This document shows positions 12,594-24,839 of a stretch of DNA of 64,000 bases, in pieces. The position numbers and the translations under genes were made by a program. The notes under the pieces are model-generated. The model was not told the origin of the DNA. It saw nothing but the letters and a program-made list of their open reading frames with translations, and ran no database searches. Source of the stretch: Geosiphon pyriformis uo1 (Eukaryota; Fungi; Glomeromycota); contig JAAOMT010000602.1 of NCBI GenBank assembly GCA_016748015.1, forward strand, positions 757,696 to 821,695. The letters run 5' to 3'. How positions within the stretch are numbered: position 1 is the stretch's first letter; every line of letters begins with the position of its first letter.

Positions 12594-14478
12594 TTTACAG
12601 TTCCAGTAAACATAGCTCTTAATGAACAAAGTGAATCTCACTAGATTCTATGACTTCTACAACCAATTACTATTTCACCCTTTGAAGAACATCCTGAAAT
12701 TTACACTTGTGAAAAGCCAACAACCACACAACAAATTTTTGAGTCCAATGAACAAATCTGCTTAGAACATAATATCTCAATCCCAAATATTTACATTCCA
12801 GAAGGAACAAAGAAAGTCTGAGTTATTTTTTACAACCCTAATAATTACCCCATAGTTTTATTAAATAACTTAAAAATTGGAGTTATTCACAGTAATATTT
12901 TTCAATAAGAATTACCCCAAACAGTCTCCGATTTCTCTGAAATTATTAAACATTCACTACCAAAAATCAACCCAAACCCCAGCTCTGAAAATTACTATGT
13001 TGTTATGGAAAAACTATCTTGAATCAACATGAGACAACTTGAACCACAACAACAGAGCCAGCTTAAAGAACTAATTGCAGAATTTGCCAATATCTTTGCC
13101 AAAAACAACAATGACTTAGGAAAAACTGATTTGGTTCAACACTAAATCTATACAGAAGATGCCAAACCAAGGCAACAGCAAGCCTACTGAGTTGCTTCAG
13201 AAAGTCACCAATTTATCTGTGAAGAAGTACAACAGATGCTCAACAATGGACTTATTTAACCATCAATGAGTCTATGGGCTTCACCTGTGGTCTTAGTTAA
13301 AAAGAAAAATGAAAAGATACAATTTTGTGTTGATTATCGACAACTCAACAGTATCACTATTGGAGATGCCTACCCTCTTCTTTGAATTGATAACATGCTA
13401 GATGCTTTTGGGAAGTCCAAATACTTTTCAACATTAGATTTAGAGAGTGAATACTGACAAGTTGTCATAGATCCCAAAGATCGCCCCAAAACAGTATTCA
13501 CCACTCAAGGAGGAAATTACGAGTTCAATGTAATGCCTTTTGGATTATGCAATGTACCAGCAACATTCCAAAGACTCATGGATGTTGTTTACAAAGGCCT
13601 TCTTTGAAAGTCAGTAGTTATTTATCTTGATGATACTGATGTTTATTCTCCATTGTTCAAATTACACTTAAAACACCTGCAAGAAGTTTTTCAATGATTA
13701 TGAAAAGCAGGACTGAAACTTAACATTGAAAAATACTACTTTGAAAAAACAAGCTTGGCCTTCTTTGGTCATATTGTTAGTAAAGATGAAATCAAATCAG
13801 ACTCTGGAAAAATCAACACTGTCAAAAACTTTAAAACTCCTCAAAACATTACAGAACTAAAAGAATTCATAGAGTTAGCCTTCTACTATCAGAAGTTTAT
13901 TAAAAGATTCTCAGAAATTGCAAAACCTCTCAACCAGCTTACCACCAAAAACGTCGAATACAAATGGACTACTGAACACCAAAACGCATTTGAAATCCTC
14001 AAAGAAAAACTAACAACAGCTCCAATTCTTGTCTATCCAGATTTCAGCAACTGATTCCAGTTAGTAACAGATGTCTCTTATACCACCTTTGGTGTCATCC
14101 TATCACAGTTAGATGACAATAGAAATGAGTGAGTAATTGCTTATGCTAGCAGAACATTGAAACCAGCTGAAAAGAACTACTCTGCAACAAAATTAGAAAC
14201 TGCAGCAGTAATCTGAGCCCTACATCATTTCAATCTTTACCTCAGACCCAAAGAATTTGATATTATCACTGATAATATTGGACTCAAATGGCTTCAGAAC
14301 AAAAACACTCAGCTGAATGCAAAACAAACCCGATGGACAGAATTTTTAGCCAACTACCAATATATTGTACACCACAAACCAGGAAAACTCCATATCAATG
14401 TTGATTGTCTCTCAAAAATGAGGCAAGATTAGAATACAAAACCAACACTCATTTGAATTAACAACAAAACAACAAACA

Positions 14479-15863
14479 ATGAACCCCGAAAACTACAACA
14501 ATCTTAAACAATATTTGGAGACATTAACAATCCCAACAGATTAGTCCTCAGATAAAAAACATCAGTTACAACAACAAGCCAAACAATACTTCTTACACAA
14601 CAACATAATTTATTATCAAAACTTCAGAAACCCAGACAATCTACTCAGATTAATACAAGAACATGAAAAAAAACCATTTTATATAACATGCACTCAGATT
14701 CTTCATTAACACACCTAAAAAAAGACAGCACTACCCAAAGAACACTAGAATATTACTTTTGGTCTCAAATAAGAAAAGACATTCATGAATACGTTAAGTC
14801 TTGTAATAGTTGTCAAAGAAGAGGAGGAACTCACCCTACAGAACTTTTAAACCCAATCAAAGTTGAACAGCCTTTTGACCGAGTTGGTATCAATTTAGTT
14901 GGACCACTACTTATCACAAACCAAGAAAACCATTATATTGCAGTAGCTGTAGACTATCTCACCAAATGGTCTGAAGCCAGAGCCATTCAACGAATAGATG
15001 CGAAATCTGTAGCAAACTTCATCTACGAAGACATTATTTGTAAACATAGATGCTCAATAGAACTTTTATCTGATCAAGGAACATATTTCGTGAACAATTT
15101 AATCCAGAAAATTTGTGAACAATTTAATGTCAAAAGACCATTATCTTCACCCTATCATCCACAAACAAATGGACTTGTAGAATGTTTTAACAGAACATTG
15201 TGTGAATTATTAGCCAAAGTCTTAACTGATTTTGAGCAAGAATAGGATCTCTTTATTCCATCAGTGTTACTAGCATATAGAACACTAAAACAAGATACCA
15301 CAAAACACACACCATTTGATTTAACCTATGGAAGGACAGCAATGTTACCAATTAGTTTTACAATGGAAACATATCCAGTACAACCAGTTAATAAAGACAA
15401 CTTTCAGAAAACACTACAATGAAGAGCCTATACTCTGCTTAGCACATTGGAAGGAAAACAACAAATAGCAGCCACCCATATTAAACACTTTCAAGCTCAA
15501 CAAAAAGAATAGCATGACAACAAATTGCCTTCAGTTACCAATGAATTTAAAATCAGAAACAAAGTTCTCTTACACAGAACTAAAGCTAAAAAACAATGAA
15601 GTGGAAAATTTGAAAATAAATGGGATGGACCATTCTTTATCCATGAAGTCCTAGGCAACAGATCATACAAACTAAGACTTGATGACAAAATCCTAGCAAA
15701 AGTTGCACATAGAGATTATTTGAAACACTATAATTCCAGACACAATCCTGAACCATTAATTCCACAAATTGGTACACATTCCTCTTTAATCAATTCTGAA
15801 GATATTCCCCGAAATTTAGAACCAATAGTTGTCATTGAACAACCTCTCAACTTGAACACTTAA
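14479..15863 (+). pseudogene. Integrase of element B (separate ORF)
   Basis: ATG at 14479 (MNPENYNNLKQYL); HHCC, DDE core (GINLVGP, SDQG, YHPQTNGLVE), GPF module KWDGPF; one frameshift in an A run near 14670; stop at 15861-15863. Confidence 0.92.
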
Positions 15864-15986
15864 TTTAAATTTATTATTATAGTTATCTCCTTATAATTTA
15901 GAAACAATCTCACAAAAACAAAGCAAAAATAACATAAAAACCCATTCACCAAAAATAATTTTCTGTTATTTTTCAAATCTTTTATA

Positions 15987-16640
15987 ATAACTATTCCTCA
16001 AAACATTCAACAATTATCCCAAAAATTAATGTTAATTTTAAAAACAATACCTGAATTATTCATTACTATTACTAGAAACCACATTAATTATACCCAAACA
16101 GAAGTAGGTACAAATTTAGCCCCAAATTTACAAAAATATTACCCATATAAGAAAAACACAAGAAGTTATTCTGGAATTCACCTGCCAAAACTTTTAAAGC
16201 TTGTTTTAAAAGAAAACTTAATACTCACTTCTATTAGTATTCCACCAAATGCTACTATTTAACAAAAACTTCAACTGTGTTTTAATGAAGAAAACTACGA
16301 CTATACTCCAATATATAGATATTTCTACATTGGAAAAACACTTCACGAACAAAAACAGGAGCTTACAGCAGCAAATCTCACAAAAAAAACTATTTAGAAA
16401 CAACTCCACAATGAATTCAAGACAACAGCTGGACCTATAAACAGTTGTTATAAACTAAGAGCTGCTCTTAGACTTTATGACCTATTTCACACCTGTGAAA
16501 ACGTCTTACAAAACCCAATTTTACAACTCTTGAAGATTCAATATATTAGAAAGCTAACAAAACTGGAATTTCAAAAATTTTCAAACCAAATTTCTTCAAT
16601 AGTCTTGGATTACTATCTGGAAATTACAGACAGTACTTAG
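15987..16640 (+). pseudogene. ORF3 of element B, ~217 aa, unknown function
   Basis: Single frame from ATA (probable decayed ATG) with two internal stops; aligns with ORF3 of element C (YFYIG/YFYLG, RAALRLYDLF/RAIYxLHARF, RKLTKLEF/GKITNTQF). Confidence 0.75.
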
Positions 16641-16661
16641 ACTTCAACAGAGCTCAGTCTT

Positions 16662-16671
16662 GAGAAGGAGG
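16662..16671 (+). promoter_or_regulatory. Polypurine tract of element B
   Basis: GAGAAGGAGG three nt before the 3' LTR. Confidence 0.85.
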
Positions 16672-16674
16672 TTA

Positions 16675-17543
16675 TGTTACCAGACAAAATTAGAAATATT
16701 GCTTAACATAAAATTACTCTTATAATTCTTATCATTAATTAGCATTTCAAATTATCACTTATTACATTTAGCAAAATACCCGAAATTATCATTTAATTAA
16801 TAACTCAATTTATACATAACACAAATGTAACCTAATTGCAATAATCAATCATACAATACTCCAAACTATGTAACATTCAAGAGTTCACCAAAATTTGTAG
16901 AAATTTGCTGAAATAATTGATAGTTCACTGAAATATTTAATAGTTCGCAGAAATAACTTGTAGTTTGCTGAAATGTATTTTTAGTTCAGCAAAATTGTAG
17001 AAAAGAGCAAAGTTCAAGTTCATAGAATAGTGTTATGACAAGTTGTATAAAAGAAGAGCTTTTCTCTTTGAGAAAATGTATCTTACTTCAGATTTAACAA
17101 TTAGAATTATTCTTTACACACAAAAACAAAATAAATATCAAATAATTTAAAAAGCCAAATTCTTAATTATTTCCCTTGATAAAATCCTATTTCTTTTACA
17201 TTTCTTTTATTTTTCTTTTTTTTTCTTATTACAATTATTAGAGTAGTCTACAGACAAAATTCTTGTAAAAGAGTTGAATTTCACAGCAAAGTAACTACAC
17301 ATTTTTAGTGAGCTTCCAGACAAGCAATTCTTGGGAAAGAGTTGATGTTTACTACAACGTAACTACACAAGTAACTGGTACGGAATTGGCCATTCCACTC
17401 ATAAGCCCAGCAGTTCAAATTACAAGAGATAATTTGAAGATAAATTCAGTTATCGGAGGTTCAAACACTTCTCATAGTCGTGAATTAACAGTATTACAAC
17501 AAATATACAAGAGCTAAAAAGAGACCAAAAACCTCCAGTAACA
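16675..17543 (+). repeat. 3' LTR of element B (869 bp)
   Basis: Direct repeat of 7832-8798 with transitions and an internal deletion. Confidence 0.96.
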
Positions 17544-17547
17544 CCAG

Positions 17548-18183
17548 TTTATTCTGGCATTTGTGCCCTTCTGGTAAGCTATCTGTTAATATATATATAA
17601 TTTTACTTTTATTTCTGGGTCTTTTATCAGGCTATCTATAACATCAATTACTCAGTGCTTTAATTTTTAATCAGTTAATATACAACAATAAAATCAAGAA
17701 AAGAAAATAAAAGAAAAAAATAAAGAAATAAGCCAAGACAATATGCAAGTTAGTATTCATCAATAGCTGTGATCAAAAGTTATTGTTCTAGTGTAGTTAA
17801 GTATCAATTACTATTAACATGAAGTATTAATAGTGAAGAGTAGATTTGAATGGTGAATGATTTATTTATTTGATATTTGTGAATGGAAGATTTCTAACTA
17901 AAAAATTCTGCTTTTTCTATTTCTAATATTACTGCTATATATACATAATTAATGTTCTATGAGATTACTCATATTCCTGAGTGATGTGCTATGATTTCTT
18001 GAGCAATGCTTACATTGCTAAACAATGTGCCCTAATTTTCTAACATTGCTCCACATTGCTGAGCAATATGCCATGATTTCTGATATTGCTTCACATTGTT
18101 GAGCAATGTGCTCACATGCTAACTACTATTCTTTTATTGGTCTGCTATTTTCTATATCTGTTTTTTTTTTTTTATGAGTAATA
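17548..18183 (-). repeat. 5' LTR of element A, U3/R-side part
   Basis: Aligns with 39484-40091, including the GAGCAATGTGC/ACATTGCT repeat array. Confidence 0.88.
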
Positions 18184-21100
18184 CCAAGAACAGTTTTTCT
18201 ATACTAATCTTCTTTATCACACCAAAAAAAACATCATTATTTACATAGTTTAATAGTACATATTAACAGATTCATAGATTAGGCATCACTTGAAACACAG
18301 CCTATTTCCTTGTCTAACTCTCTATAATCCTATTAATATTGAGTTTTATCTCCTCAGGTTTCAAAACCAACTTGTCTTTCATTACCAAATAATTCAAAAC
18401 CATCTTGTAAAAAGACTGATCCAAAATATTTTTTATCATGCTCCTTTTATTAAAACAAAAATTTTCCATATGCTTTTTAATTGCTTTCTTGATAGATGTC
18501 TCTTTAGCTAATTTTAACTTATAAAGCTTGAACTTTCTGTACTTTTTTCAAACCATTGACAAATGTTTAAGAACATCCAATAACTTTCTATTGTTTTGAA
18601 TCATATCTATAATCTTGAGAGCTTTATCAACATCCAAAGTTGACCACTTTTTAACAAAACAATTAAACTTAGACATGTTACTTAAGCCTAACTTTTTAAC
18701 AATCTTGGCAATTAACAATTCTAATCCAAAAACTTTGAAGATTGCCAGTTTTTTGAACATTAAAACTCACTAAACCAATGTTTAGAAAATATTTTATTAG
18801 CTAATTCTACTATTACTTTTTCTAGTAAATCCATATAGCATCTAAATTACCATTAGCTTTTGCTTCTAAAAACTTATTTTCTATTACTGACAACTTGGCA
18901 AATTAACATTTTTTAAATCATGTTTATTTAATGCTATTAGTATCTTTGATTTTGAACTTCCAACAATCTATATTAGCTTGCTTGTACCTACTATTCAAAT
19001 AAACATCCAAAAAACTAATCAAACTAATTAATACCAAAACAGTCTTATAATTAATGTCAAAAAAATTGAACATAGAATTAACTTCATAATCAGCAATAAT
19101 TGACAATAAACTTTTACTTACAAAAATGTAATTTATAATCTTCTTGACACTTCTTAAGTTGCTTTAAGTAGAGATCTTAACCAATAAATGTTTACTAAAT
19201 GAGTTAAGTAGACCTAACTTCAAACAGAACTTGAAACTTGCATTTTTTTCAGACTTATTTTCATTAAAATTTCCATCCAAAACCACAAAATTGCTGAAAT
19301 TAACAGCCTTAGCAATAAAAAAATTAACATTTAAAGCTTAACCAAACCTAACTTCAACAGAAACATTAGCATACAAATTCAAAATTATGATTAAAAGTTT
19401 GCTTTTAAACAAAAGCTGTATTGAAATAATGTGACCAGAAATTTTTTCTATCTTAAAAACATGTCTAACCAAAGAATTGTTTATAATAATAGTTATTTTA
19501 GCACCAAAAAAATTTTTATTTAAACCAAATATAAAAATATGTACTCTATTAAACTTATTAGCAATTCATAACTTGATATTAATCTTTAGTTTTATTTCTG
19601 TAACAAAAGAAACCATATTATCCAAATTAGTATGTCAACAAATAACATTTTTTGCTTAGCAGAAATATTAATATCTTTAATATTACACATAGCAAACTTT
19701 TAAACAAGAGTGGTTATTAAAAAAAATAAGACTCTAATTCCAAAACAAAATTGTCTACTTTGGTCAAAAGACTCATAACTGTATTCAAGAGACTTATTAA
19801 GCTGTTTTTCAATTTAAAAACTATTGATAAATTCATAAATACTGTATTTGCAATAGTTTTATTATTAGTAACTGCATTTAAACTCTTACTTATCACTATA
19901 TCTACTCCTTAATTCTGTAATAAAAGAGTTATCAACAGCTAACATTTAAGGCTAAACTGAAAAACCATTGGCTCAAGTATATTTAATCTTTTAGCCAACT
20001 TGTCAACTTGCTTTATAAAACTAATAAAACTGTATTTAAAAACAACAAATCTATTATTTACATTCAAAAAAATCAGTGGAATAGATCTAGTATCCAAAGA
20101 CAGACCAGCATCAAAAAAAACCAAAGACATTACATAAGAAGTAGAATTATTAACAATTTAAGCCCAAATCTTACCACCAAATAAAACTAGATAAGCAATT
20201 GGCACCTGTTTCTTCTTATATATATTTGCTAAACAAATTTAATTCTGATAATTAATTATCTATTTACTACAACTACCCAGATATCTACTTACTAAATACA
20301 TACTAGAAATATGACTAAACTGTTTATATTAAGCATAACATACCAAAAAAAAACCACTCCAATGCAAATTCACACTCTTAAAAACCAAAATAAAACCAAT
20401 AACAGTCTTTTTAAATGTTTTATCAGTAAAACAAACCATAACACATCTGTTATGTACATATAAACTTAGATTACAGCCAATGAAACAAGTTTTTCTATTA
20501 TATAATTCCAACAAACCAGAAAAATTCTAAGCAGTAGTGTTAATTGGCAAAATATATAATAAAGTCTAATAAAGATCCCTAAATACTCATAATTGTTTAT
20601 TATTAACAGCCAATGGTATACACACAGAATCTTTTTTTATAAAAACTAATCACTTAAAAACAACTAAACTAGCAATATCTAATAACTCAAACTTTACTAA
20701 GACTTTTTGCCATAGAACAATTAGCTGTATTTTAATTAATACTATCTTATTAAACTTAGAAAACACTGACTCTATTGCCAATTTAAGAAAATCTATTGAA
20801 ATCTTTTTAACTATTACTTCTTAATTTATACAGCTGTTTATCTTTCTAACATTATTATTAACCAAAATTTTCTTACAGATTGCCATTTTTCTAGTCTTTT
20901 ATAAGCTTAATTTAGAAATAAAAGATGACTTAATTATCTCTGAAAATTTTAAAAGAGTAAAGACTTTTTCAAAACCATTAATATGATTAAAATTTTTTTT
21001 TACAGTAATTAACTTATTATCATTGGTTTTGTTAAACACAACAAACAACTTAATATCTAATGTGAAAGATTTAATTAGCTCAAAATTACATCTTTCCAAA

Positions 21101-21720
21101 ACACATAACCTGACTAAAGACTTAAAGCCAACAAACTTGAAAAAAAGAAGCATTAAAACATTATTATTATTACTTAAATTATCAAACATTGAATCTTCAA
21201 AGAGTGTTCTAATATGTATGTTTGAGTACAAGTTTTTTTAGGTGTTGGTTTATTTTTATTCTCACTATCCACAGAACTATTTGAATCTGCATAACTGGTT
21301 TCTTTGGCAAATGTATTTTTCATATTTTTAACATTTAAGAAATCACTAATATTATTGGCTACACTACTAATTTTTTTGTTCCAAAACACTGTATGTTTAG
21401 CACCAAAGTCTTTAATATCTATTAAACTTAAAGGCCCAACAAACAAATTGACCATACTGTTACTAATATCAGGTTTTTTTGGCTTTTTATAAGACACATT
21501 ATAAGAGTAGACACTTTTTATCTACTTTTTTTTAATATTAGAGCAGATTTTTAAACCAGCCAAAATCACCAGCAGATGAGCTTACTGGTTCTATTATAAC
21601 AAAAAAAAATGTATTAGAAGAAATAACTAAAGTATAAAAGAAAAAAAAAAAAAAAACTATTCTTTCAATAATTTTATGTTTTTATCATGGCCAGAGGATT
21701 GACAAAAGAAAAATATTTTT
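18184..21720 (-). mobile_element. Degenerate LINE (5' UTR, ORF1, APE, ORF2 up to the pre-RT region), cut by insertion of element A
   Basis: Fragments align with the 22751-29657 LINE (YKKPKKP, KETSY, APE-region CWKFKIKD, FGLELLIAKIVK); 5' end resembles 22751-22790. Confidence 0.85.
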
Positions 21721-22880
21721 TTATTTTAATTATATATTATTTAGTTTTTTAAATGTTTTATTAAGTGTAATTTTATTATTATTAATATTATATTGTATAT
21801 AAATTAATTTAAAAAAAAAAACTTTTTTTCTCTTTTATATTCAAAATTTTTTAAAGAGCCAATTTAATAAAAAAAGTTTTTTGTTTTTTATTCTTGTTTA
21901 CTATTTCATTTTTACTATTTCTTAAAATACAAATTTTTTTACTATTGTTTTAATAATTATTATTACTAATATAATATCTAAAAAAAAGTTGGCTAAAAAT
22001 ATTGTTTCGAATTTAATAAATAAAAGTTTAGTACAAAAATCTAAAATATTAATTGGCAAAGTAAAACATTCAGATAATAAGGCAAATTTGGAGTTTAAAA
22101 TACTTTTGTATAATGTCAATTAATTTGAAAATATGGATATTTTTTTGATAATATAATAAAAGACTTGGTAGTTTATAATGTTGACTATAATATCAAAAGT
22201 AAAATTGATAGATTTTTGAACCTTTGCATCAATATTCTAAATACAAAATGGTTCAATTTTGAAAAAATGATAATTTTTTTTTAAAGTTTTGTGATTTTAG
22301 CTTTGATAATAATGATAATATTATGAATTTTTTTTTATTTTTATCAATTAATTTTACTTTGCACTTAAACATTCAAGTTAAAAAAAAGAAAAGCTTTAAT
22401 TTAGCCAAATTATTTATATTGAATATTAACTTTTCAATCATATCTGACAAGATTCTAAATAACAAATTTAAATTTATTATGAAATTTTTTTTTAATATTA
22501 ATGATTTTAAAAAAACATCAACTTCTTCAAAATTCCAAGAAGTTATTAGGATTTTATTTATATCTGAATTTAATTTTAAAATTATTAAACAGCTAGTTGT
22601 AAAAAAAATTTAATTAATACTAATCTGAAAAAAATCAACATTAAATTAAATTAAAAAATAATAGTCAAGAAAATTCTAATAGATCTTCCTAAATTGGTAA
22701 TTGAATCAATATTATTTAAGTTTGGCAAAATTGTTTTTATTAAAATACAGGAACTATTTTTCTTTCATTGATCCCCTGGTCACAATGAGAGCATTGAGTA
22801 GCCAGAGAAATACGCTTCCTTTTTCTCTTTTCCCTTTTTGTTTTTTCGTTATTTCTTTCAATATCCCTTTGTTTACTGCT

Positions 22881-24839
22881 ATGGAACTGGCAAGCTTTTC
22901 TGCTAGTGGTTCTGGGTCTGGTTCGATTGGGTTGGGGACTCAGTTTGGCATTAGAAGCAAGAAGCATGTTGAGGGTATCCACTCTCGCGGTGTGTTGTAC
23001 AAGAAGCCAAGAAAGCCTGAAGCTGCTGGGAGGATAGTGAATTCATCGGCTGGTCCTCTCTCTATAGGCATTTTGGGTGCTGACGGGGTGGAACACAAGA
23101 AGTCCTGGGGCAGTAATGTGGAAAGTGATGGTAATAGTGTCAACGAGATCTCGGATATGGAAAACTTAAAGAACACGGTTGCAGAGGAAACAAGTTATGT
23201 GAATTCGAACGTCTTGAACACTGACAATATAGCAAACAATGCCACTCCAAAGATAACAAGGACTGTAACTTACATACTGGGCCAACTGCCGAAATCTCTT
23301 GCTTTTGACAAAATGAGTGATGATGAGGATGCCATGGTACTTCCATCCCCGAAATTCTCTGGTTCCAAGCATTTGCTGGCAGTTGAGTTACATGTCGCAG
23401 AAAATAGGAATTTTGAACCAGTTAAATTGTTTGTCTTGGATATTGAGATTTCAGCAGTGCCTAGAAAGACAAATGTTGACAAATTAATGGCTGTGAAAAA
23501 AATCTTTTATCAAATTGATAGATTTGGGAGAGCTTTGACTCCCTCAAAATTTCCAGGAATAATAAGATCATCATTTACATTTGAAAAAAGTTTGATTAAG
23601 ACAAAGAAAATGGCAATTAGTGAAAAAATTTTGGTAAATGATAATCTAAGAAAAGTAAACAGCCGTTCAGATCAGGAAGTGATCGTCAAGGAAATCCCAG
23701 TGGATCTTCTCAAATTGGCGATTGAGACAGTGTTCTCCAAGTTTGGCAAGATCATTTCAATCAAGGTGCAGCTTATTGGTCTTTGGCAAAAGGCTCTAGT
23801 GGAATATGATTCATCTGAGATAGCTGATTTGGTCGCAGCTAGATGGTCTGTGCTCATGGAAAAGGATTCTGTTCGCATGGCAAAGGCAAGTATTAATAAA
23901 CAAACGTGGGTATATAAGGATTAGCATCAGGTGTTGCTTTACACTCTTCCAGTTGGCACCACTACCCATGATTTGTCTGGATTGGTAGAGGCCTATGGCA
24001 GGAGAACTTGTTATATTGGCTGTAATCCAACTTCATATGTTCATGATCAGTGTGCTGTGATTTGTTTTGAAAATGAGGCATCCAAGTTGGCTGCTATTGG
24101 TTCAGTTCTAGTCTTCAAGGGTGTGAGTTTGCATTGGGCTGGTCTCTCTTTGGCCTGTTGTGCAGTGTGTAAACAGTTTGGTCATGTTTCTGGTGTTTGT
24201 TCTATGGGTGGGAATTCTGGTGCTCGCAGTAAGTGGGTGGTAACTTCTCAGAATTGGGTTTGTCTGGCTAATGTATATAAGAAAAAGCAGACTCCTATCG
24301 CTCACCCAGTTTCTTTTGGTGGCAAGACATGGGCCCAAGTTGCTGGTGGCTCTCTCTCTTGTGTGGTTCCTTCAGGTCCTTCTGGTGTTGGTGTGAATTT
24401 TGGTGCTAAATCTGCTTCAGTAGTATCCTCCCCTTCTGTTATCTCTGGTTTGTGCAATCGGGTGGTGTCTTTGGAATGCTTTTTGGAGCTTTTGATGGCC
24501 CGAGTTTCTGCCATTGTGAAAAAACTGGGCTGTGTTGAAGTGGTATCTTCGGTGTCTTCTTCTCTTGCCTCTCATTCTGTTGCATCTGCTTCTCTGGCCT
24601 CATGTGTGGATTTGGATATGGCACTGAATGTTCTGTTGGCAACATCTCCTTCTCTTTGCCCAACCATTGATAATGCTGGTCCTGATTTTGGTTCCAGTAG
24701 TTCGAAGGTTCTGACTGCCAAGGTTGGTGGTTTGGAGTTAAAGTTGATGGCTTTGGATGCATCAGTCAGCTCAGTTTTGGCTAGATTGGATATGTTGTGT
24801 TCTGGTTTGGGTTTTTCAGTTCTCTCATCTTCTCAATGA
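22881..24839 (+). pseudogene. LINE ORF1 (RRM-like region, CCHC knuckle, C-terminal heptad-like segment)
   Basis: ATG at 22881; one in-frame stop at 23922; VIVKEIPVD..FSKFGKI RRM-like; CAVCKQFGHVSGVC knuckle. Confidence 0.85.

Larger units (their letters stand above)
8800..14432 (+). pseudogene. gag-PR-Cys-rich-dUTPase-RT-RNase H polyprotein of element B
   Basis: Fragments starting 9180, 9879, 10671, 11295, 11556 and 13755 share one frame; CCHC knuckle CHYCGIPGHWKKDC (10251-10292); LILDS protease; dUTPase ~12200-12590; YLDD ~13622; RNase H ends DCLSKMRQD* at 14430-14432. Confidence 0.93.
7832..17543 (+). mobile_element. Full-length Ty3/Gypsy LTR retrotransposon B (family 2)
   Basis: Two LTRs TGTTACC...GTAACA; 4-bp TSD CCAG (7828-7831 / 17544-17547); PBS, PPT and complete domain set. 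Confidence 0.97.
1..18183 (-). mobile_element. Ty3/Gypsy LTR retrotransposon A (family 1), interrupted in its 5' LTR by element B; 3' end lies outside the window
   Basis: Minus-strand order gag-PR-dUTPase-RT-RH-INT; PBS at 7605-7621; LTR homologous to 39270-40091, ending ...TTTATGAGTAATA (degenerate TGTTAC start) at 18183. Confidence 0.92.

Noticed and set aside
15987-16640. ORF3 as env or a chromodomain
   Set aside because: No signal peptide, transmembrane helix or furin/fusion pattern, and no chromodomain aromatic-cage motif such as YLVKW
17975-18120. Short repeat arrays as a CRISPR array
   Set aside because: No constant repeat with unique spacers, no cas genes, and the arrays lie inside LTR U3 regions
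21720-22750. Spacer between head-to-head LINEs as a bidirectional promoter or host intergenic region
   Set aside because: Most of it is the decayed 5' part of an older LINE (ORF1 homology at 22440-22750)
22701-22880. N-terminal 60 aa of the 407-aa ORF as real coding sequence
   Set aside because: It crosses the insertion junction at 22750 and the 5' UTR; the plausible start is ATG 22881
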